Shown here piece after piece: positions 47,701 through 54,787 of a DNA stretch of 64,000 bases. The notes beneath the pieces are model-generated. The model ran no database searches and had not been told where the DNA came from. It saw only the letters and a list, made by a program, of their open reading frames with translations. This DNA comes from Schizochytrium sp. TIO01 (lineage: Eukaryota > Protista > Bigyra: Labyrinthulomycetes). Within the stretch, counting starts at the first letter, position 1; each line of letters starts with the position of its first letter. Location: NCBI GenBank assembly GCA_004764695.1, contig SMSO01000014.1:6376029-6440028 (forward strand), read 5' to 3'. A program made the translations under genes and the position numbers.

Positions 47701-48016
47701 TCTCGTCACGATGCATATGACACCTGTTGTATCCGGAGTGCGTCTTGAGCATGTGAAGTGCTGCATTGCCACAGCATGTGATGATTTCCAGGATGGAATC
47801 ACAGTTATTACAGGCCATGCTGGAGGCGGGGTAGCATTGTGGGACCTTCCAGAGGGCCCTGGGCGACGTCATCTTGCCCTGCGCGTTTTCTTGCAAACTG
47901 GGTACAATCAACCAGTAACCGCGCTTGCTTTAGATAAGGCTCAACGTCGACTTGCGTGCGGTAACGCGTCTGGCCAATTGCGTCTCTGGACATCTGCAGA
48001 GCTGTATTCGTACTAA
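35783..48016 (+). CDS. BEACH domain protein (ARM-like, ConA-like, PH-BEACH, WD40), WDFY3/ALFY/LvsA-like
   Basis: 4077-aa ORF. ConA-like region: [13 protein letters not shown] and [115 protein letters not shown]. C-terminal WD40 repeats. Confidence 0.95.
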   Translation: [4077 protein letters not shown]

Positions 48017-48416
48017 ACAAAGGCGAAATAAGTCCATTGGAGTTCAGAAAGGAGGATTATGTTAAGATTCCTTGCTACCTTAACTATTAATTTGGACCCA
48101 ATACCTTTTCAATCTTGGTCACCCTTTACTATTCAAAGTGCTGATTTAGTTTGTTTGTATTGATTTGTAATTTTCAAAAATTTGCTTATCTATTCCTGAA
48201 TGTTAGTTGTTGCGTTGCGCCTATCACCAATAATTATGCCGTCAGCGGTTCCTTCGCGGTTGTGTATAGCTATCTTCCTAATTACCACGAAACAATGTAC
48301 GAAGGTATGCTCGTGATTATTGACTGTGTTATACGTAAGTGTCCTCTAGATTCTAGTTGTCCTAAATGTAGATCTTTCTAAAATGTTTATGGGAGTCCCT
48401 TCTTCTTCTCGTTGGC

Positions 48417-48884
48417 CTACTTTGCGGAGCCTTCTGCACTAGGCTTAGCTTGTTCAGAAACCTTGTTAAAAAGAGCAATTGCTCGCCTAATTTTAGCCTC
48501 TGATTCCTCTGTGTTCTCATCATCTTCATTTGCCAAGACCAAAGAGCACATGAGCAGAAGCGGTTTCTGTGCGAGCTTGAATGTTTTCTCAACAAGTTGG
48601 CGAGCCAGCACCCGCACCCAAAGGTTTTCGCGATCGCCAAGCTTAACATCAATGCTAAAGCCACCCTTGGTCTGGTCCCTAGGCTGGTCTTTGCGTGCCT
48701 CAATCACCGTGCCAATGCGGCCAAGCTCTGAAATAAAAATCATCCACTGGTTCTTGTACTCACAGGAAATAAGCTCAATATCACCGTCACGTGCCTGGAT
48801 CATGTCCGGAAACCCCTCGGTCTTGTCGTAGGCCCACATTTCTGCTTCGTTGGTATTTGCCGTTGCTGATGCCATAGCTGCCAT
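48417..48884 (-). CDS. PSMG3: Proteasome assembly chaperone 3 (PAC3)
   Basis: 155 aa. YKNQWMIFISELGRIGTVIEA, VKLGDREN...VLARQLVE and KPLLLMCSL match the PAC3 pattern. Confidence 0.8.
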   Translation of the reverse strand: MAAMASATANTNEAEMWAYDKTEGFPDMIQARDGDIELISCEYKNQWMIFISELGRIGTVIEARKDQPRDQTKGGFSIDVKLGDRENLWVRVLARQLVEKTFKLAQKPLLLMCSLVLANEDDENTEESEAKIRRAIALFNKVSEQAKPSAEGSAK

Positions 48885-50632
48885 TGTGTAAAGTACTATA
48901 CGAGCAGGATTTATTTGGCCACAAGTGGTCTTTTGGCCCCGTAGAAAATAGTTGAAGCTTTTTAAAACCTTGCACGAAGGTTCTCAGGTTTGGTACGCAG
49001 AAACCCTGGATGCTTTTGCGTGGCTTGGCTCCTTCTTTGCTCTTCGTTTCGTGCTAACGATGCTCAATTTCGACAGTGCGGCACAGTAGAATAGCCTCGT
49101 CTGCTGTGAAGAGTGTGCACAGAAGTAAATGACAGGTGCCTCCGCACAGTGTCTCACGGGCTCTGAATAATTCTTCAGGCTGATGCAGTTGAAGGACTGT
49201 ACATCGGAAAGGTATCCATGCTCAAATTATTCATGATGTTCTTTTATTCCTTTCTAAAATATTCGCAGATTATGAATTGATACAAATGCTTTATTATTTT
49301 ATTTTAAAATTAGTACTTAATGTCACTCTACCGACCTAGAATGTATTTCGCAAACAAACTTGAGTTTCAAGTAATTTGCACTGCGTGATTGCTCTGGTTG
49401 AGTTGCCACCCGAGCTAAAAGATTTAAAGCCCCCCTCTGATTAGTGAGAGTGAAACAGTTGTAATTAAAATCTTTATGGTACTGAAATCACGTTGTTCAT
49501 GGTGGAAATGGAGACGCATTTGGTCGTATGATCTGCTTTTTATGCGCTTCCTCCGACACATTCCGTTTAGGAAATCGTGAGATATAATAGAACCAATTAT
49601 AGTAACCTTGGAAAGAGTGGGCGGGGAGTTATTCTTCGATTGGTTTTAAACATATGATTGATTGGCATGATGGTTCACAATACCAGTTTGCTGAAAAAGT
49701 TGAATTCAGTATATATCATTTGTTCATACTTATTAGTGTGGAATAACCATCTGAAGACTGTTAAAGATAATGAAAAATACATGTATATTGTATGAGGGCT
49801 TCTGCACCGAAATAATCTAGTAGATGACGCACCTTCGTATGCGAGAATGAAAACATAAGGCAAGATTTATCATGCCACACAGGTTCACGGAAAGACACAA
49901 CAAACCAGAAACCCTTTTCATATAGATCTAGTAGTCAATTAAATGTATTTCCTTCTACAAGTATGCTTCATAACCCTTGAAAATCCTCCTTGATATTGTT
50001 CTCTGCTCAAGCCTGACTTCTATGGTCTTCACTGGTTAACATAAGCAATAAATATTCGCCATCATTTAGTTCAAGAAATTCTTTACGAAAAGGCCTGTGT
50101 TGTATATATAATATATATAGGGCCTATCTTCATTTTGATTTTAAGCGCCACTTTCTCACTCCTGCGCTTCATACAGTGCCTATAGTGGGCATTGAAAAGC
50201 GATATTGGGTTTGCAAATCTCACGATGTATTTATATTTTTTAATTTTTTTCTTTAACTTGTCCTCATTTTTTCCTTCGTTTTCTCTGTTGAATTTGTTAC
50301 ATGCATAACTTATTCGCTCCCAACAGCTTTAAGTTCTCGTCGCGGACTTATTGCGGCAAAGAGACGCATAAGACTCCACATTCTTCGCGTCAAGGCTTTG
50401 CGAGGTCACATAGGGAGTCTACTTGTGTCAGGAACAGGGCCGTGTTCCTCAAGAGGATCAAGTAAAAGTCTACGATCAACTTCATCAACAGCATCTCTCT
50501 GTCTTTGAGATCGCCTGCAAGGGTTCTGACTCTACTATTGACCTGCTCCGAGGCATTCCGCGGCAATCCCTGTCAAAGGTTTGATTTATTTCTGAGACAA
50601 AATAAACTTTGATTTGTTTTCTGGCAAAGGCT

Positions 50633-53600
50633 ATGGTCTCAAAGGAGCACGCAAGACCCGGTGAAGAGGTTTTTGTGGTAGTTCGAACCACATTTTCGTC
50701 CAAAGAAGGCCGGGCCCTTTTTGGGCCTTCTTGGCGGTCTAAAGTTATTCGTGGCGTAGTCACAGATGTTGTCCGCAAGGCGAGGGCTCGCACGGTACGA
50801 CTTGATGGTCTTGAAGATGAGCGAAAAGTTGCAAGCCGCAATTTGTGGTCATCAAGAAAAGCAGCTCTCATGAGCTTATCTGAGATAGACCGCAAGAGTG
50901 GTTCAGAGTCATGGCATATCGAGCATGGTACAGAAGCAGATCTTCATGCAGAGCGAGATCTAGTACATTGCGAACCTCCTGAGGATCGTGTTCATAGTGA
51001 TCACAATTATGCTCAAGGTCATGGTGTCCACGAAAACGAAAATATGGAAGATGAAAGCTGTGACAATAACAACAATAACAGCAGTACCAATAAAAAGAGT
51101 AGTACCGTCCGTTCTGTCAGCAACGAAAGTGGTCTTGAGGGCAGCAGCACAAGTCATGGAGGTAAACAGAATTCGGTTAGTCTCAAAAATAAAAGTCGTA
51201 GTGGAAACAACAGTGGAAATGAGGTCAACTTTAGTGAAAGCCGAGTCCGAGATAGTGTTTACAACGCCCCTACTCCAAGCGGCCATAGCCGATCACCACA
51301 ACCGCCATCAGCATCATCGTCATCATCATCGCTGGGGTCATTAATTACATTTCCGACTTTACCTCCTAAGGATGCAGAAGCTGAAGACAGCAGCTCTGCG
51401 GAACCCTACGGAAACCATGGAAGTGCGAAACGAAGGAAAATAACGCATACAGATATGACAGACAATAGTATAGTAGAATTGGGCCAGGGCGAGCCGCCAG
51501 CGGTTGCCCAAGAGGGTCACGCCAATTTAGAATCTTCTTCATCATCGTCATCATCTGCGAATCATTTAAATGACGGAGCATCTTTGAATTCTATAGTAAA
51601 TACACATCATCATTTAGAAGATGCCATACACGGGGATCAACTGGCTGAAAATGATGGAGTCCGATGGGAGATAAAAGAACTATCTGAAGAGGAAAACTCA
51701 CGTGCGGGCCCTGACGAGTTTGACATTTCGAATAATGAGGACAATGACTTGTCAGGTTGTGCAAGTGTGCGATTAGAGTGGCCGGACCGCAATTCAGATA
51801 TGCATGAACGACGCCCGATCGACTATTTTAAGTTTTTCTTTTTGACTAGTTCCTACCTTAAGGAGCTTATAGAAAGTACAAATGTAAACTTACGTAATGT
51901 AGGAGAAGAACCTCTGAAAGGAGAAAACGAACTCTTTCGCTTTTGTGGAATTTTACTAAACATGAGCTTGTTCAATGGAGTTGAGCCTGCTGACTTATGG
52001 AGCGGGAAGAGCATGTCTTTCATGAACTACCCAAACTTCTCCAATGTCCTTCCTTTCCGTAGGTTTCGCGCTATTGTCACAGCACTAGCATTTTCCGACA
52101 CATCACCGGGAGCATTACCAGAGGAAATAGAACATTCGAGTACTTTGGAAAGTTCAAAGAATTCTGACAAATCTAATTCATTATCAGGGTCCTCTCAATC
52201 AGACTCTTCCGTAACAGCTTTGCATAAGCAAGCCGGTTTTCAGCGCTTCATCGAAAGTGTCAACGCTTCACGAACACCTTTGATACAGCCAAATATGCGA
52301 CTTATATGTGGGCCACTTGATGATAGAAGCCGCTGTCCAGGATTTTCGTCCTTATCAAATACCCAGTTTACACCTCATCACAATGAGCCAGAGTTAGATC
52401 ACATTCCACAATTTCTAGGGAATGGGCGAGTACCTATTGGGTGTGGGCTCCATGGAATTTTCTGCGCCCAAACGGGTATTCTTTTACGCATTGAAGCAGT
52501 AGGTGATGCTTGGGCTCCTGGCCAGCTCTACCATGACCCTGAAAATAGCTTTGGCTCCCTGTTGATCCAGCGATTAATGACGAGTTTTCAAAGCTCTAAA
52601 CCTCGCCTTGTTATATGTGACCCCATTTATGCTGGCATTAAAACTGCTTTGAGCTTAAAACATATCTATGACATTCCTTTTGTCGGGGCTCTCTCAGGCT
52701 ATGCGGCTGTACCTTCTGTGCCCCTCATCCGACCTTTGCGCCAGGGTCCCCGCTCCAAGATTTCAAGAAGCTACCACGCAAATACGGAGGGTGTTCATCT
52801 GCAAGTTCATGAGCCAACTGCCAAAACGCCTTTTCTAGTCTTGACGACATTATTAGAACATCCTTCAATGAAAGTTCTGTCTGGACTTGAGATTCCGCGG
52901 CTACATCATAAGTTCCGATCTTTCTATCTCCCGTTGCAGGATTTAAAAATCGGCCAGCGTTGGGAGATAGGTTTATTCTCAACTATACTCTCTGTGTGTT
53001 TTACAGATGCGTATTTTGCTTTGCGTTATTTTTGTCCCAAAAATTCTATTCGCTACGCGGCAAGCTTTGATGATTTTCGTTTTATCCTTATTGCTCAACT
53101 TTGCAAATGTGGGTCTGACAAAAATTCACAACTCGCAAGACCTGCACTCTCATTGCAAAAACGACCCATGGCCTCTCTGGGGGATAACATTTCTCAGCCG
53201 CCTCCTTCACAAGGCGATCTTTCTGTTGAGATCGTTAATGACTCGGGTAACCATGGTATTGGTAGTTCGCATAATGGTACTATAACTGATGACCAAAATG
53301 CACCATTGCCTCCACCAAAGGGCGCGAAATTACATGCTTCTTCTCTTGAAGCCGCTACCGCCGTCCTAGAAACTAGCCAAGGGGCAAGCCCTTCAGCAAA
53401 CCTTATTGATCCTGTCAATGTATCAACATTCCAGAATTCACAAAATGTAGCAGAACACTCATCGTTTCCAGAACCATTTTCTCAGGATTCTCAAGCAAGC
53501 ACGATTGTTTCCCGCATATGGCGTCCGAAGATGATTCTTGAACAACTCTCAGCGCTGAATCGTGAATACAAGTTATGGAGGGACCCATACCCTAATCCTC

Positions 53601-53788
53601 GGTGTAAAGACTGTGTAAAACTTAATAATAGCCCCGTCCATAGGGGAAGCAAACACTGTATAATATGCACAAATGACGCAAAAGCAAGCGCCGGCGCGAT
53701 TGCTTTAATTGGCCGCCATGTTCATGTAATATGTAAGAAATGCGAAGCCAATCATGTCGCCTTGCATCATCACATGCAAGGCGTCTAA
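50633..53788 (+). CDS. piggyBac transposase-derived (PGBD-like, DDE_Tnp_1_7) protein, probably domesticated
   Basis: PIDYFKFFF..LIESTN..ELFRFCGILLNMSL..LWS..FSNVLPFRRFRAIVTALAF, GCGLHGIFCAQTGILLRI, RLVICDPIYAGIKTA, W..LFSTILSVCFTDAY, and a C-terminal Cys-rich domain (CKDC..CIIC..CKKCEANH). First ATG is at 50633. No TIRs recognised. Confidence 0.8.
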   Translation: MVSKEHARPGEEVFVVVRTTFSSKEGRALFGPSWRSKVIRGVVTDVVRKARARTVRLDGLEDERKVASRNLWSSRKAALMSLSEIDRKSGSESWHIEHGTEADLHAERDLVHCEPPEDRVHSDHNYAQGHGVHENENMEDESCDNNNNNSSTNKKSSTVRSVSNESGLEGSSTSHGGKQNSVSLKNKSRSGNNSGNEVNFSESRVRDSVYNAPTPSGHSRSPQPPSASSSSSSLGSLITFPTLPPKDAEAEDSSSAEPYGNHGSAKRRKITHTDMTDNSIVELGQGEPPAVAQEGHANLESSSSSSSSANHLNDGASLNSIVNTHHHLEDAIHGDQLAENDGVRWEIKELSEEENSRAGPDEFDISNNEDNDLSGCASVRLEWPDRNSDMHERRPIDYFKFFFLTSSYLKELIESTNVNLRNVGEEPLKGENELFRFCGILLNMSLFNGVEPADLWSGKSMSFMNYPNFSNVLPFRRFRAIVTALAFSDTSPGALPEEIEHSSTLESSKNSDKSNSLSGSSQSDSSVTALHKQAGFQRFIESVNASRTPLIQPNMRLICGPLDDRSRCPGFSSLSNTQFTPHHNEPELDHIPQFLGNGRVPIGCGLHGIFCAQTGILLRIEAVGDAWAPGQLYHDPENSFGSLLIQRLMTSFQSSKPRLVICDPIYAGIKTALSLKHIYDIPFVGALSGYAAVPSVPLIRPLRQGPRSKISRSYHANTEGVHLQVHEPTAKTPFLVLTTLLEHPSMKVLSGLEIPRLHHKFRSFYLPLQDLKIGQRWEIGLFSTILSVCFTDAYFALRYFCPKNSIRYAASFDDFRFILIAQLCKCGSDKNSQLARPALSLQKRPMASLGDNISQPPPSQGDLSVEIVNDSGNHGIGSSHNGTITDDQNAPLPPPKGAKLHASSLEAATAVLETSQGASPSANLIDPVNVSTFQNSQNVAEHSSFPEPFSQDSQASTIVSRIWRPKMILEQLSALNREYKLWRDPYPNPRCKDCVKLNNSPVHRGSKHCIICTNDAKASAGAIALIGRHVHVICKKCEANHVALHHHMQGV

Positions 53789-54787
53789 TAAAGCTCCTAT
53801 AATAACAATGGCTTCTGAAGAAAGCGATTTTAGGGAAGTGACATAAAATAGGTTTCCTTTGTGCTTTTGGGGGCTACCGCTATTGTTCTGAATATACACA
53901 ATCCTAATATTTCCTCGCCTATAAGGACGTTTTAATTGGAATATCAAGTGGTCTATCGTGGCTCCCTCGAGGTTGACAAGGAAGTCAGATTCCCATCCTT
54001 TAATCTTTTTATGCTCAAGACTTAGCTTCAGGACATTAATGCTTCAGTCCTATAACGCTCTCATGTCGATATCATAATGATTCAAGTCCGACGTTTAACT
54101 TTTTTTGCTTTACAATTCATGTTCTCAAGCAAAATACTTAATCAATGGAAGCTTTCTTGCTATATATCCACCCATCATCTCCGTAGGTACTCTTCGTTTC
54201 TGCAGGCTGCCAGTAAGAAGAGCCAACTTCGCCCTGAGGTCAAATTTGACACAAATGTCTTTTCTTTGAAAAAAGTAATTTATAACGAAATCAGCCTTCA
54301 AGTTAGTGATAAATTTGGAGTCTGCCATGCCATAGTTCTTGCCCTAGTTTCGGCAATCATACCTATCGCGCCTCAGGTCATTGTACTGCTTACTCCAAGT
54401 ATTCCTCATCCGCAGAGGCCTCTTAGTAGTTCCAGGGTGTCGTTTCGCCAATCTTTTTATTTTTTCCGTCGCAAGTTTCTTCTCGACGCTCTCTCTCCAC
54501 ATATTAGAACTCTTACTAACTACTACTTTCAATTGAATGTTACTTTGAGCAACTGGTAATGAGTATGTAGGCACTGAGCTAGGCGAGTAGAAGAACAACT
54601 CCACCTCGGAAACCAAAGGCAAACTCCGGACTCCGAGTCCTCAGCAGTCGTTGCTCTCGGAAAACGTTGGTTGGTGCAATCTTTGGGCTACCCTTGTGCT
54701 GGCCATCCCTCCCTCCTTGTTATTTTCTATTCACTTGAAGGTCTTTGCGTCTTGGGATTCGAGGGTGGCAGTCATCGGTTTGAAAAG

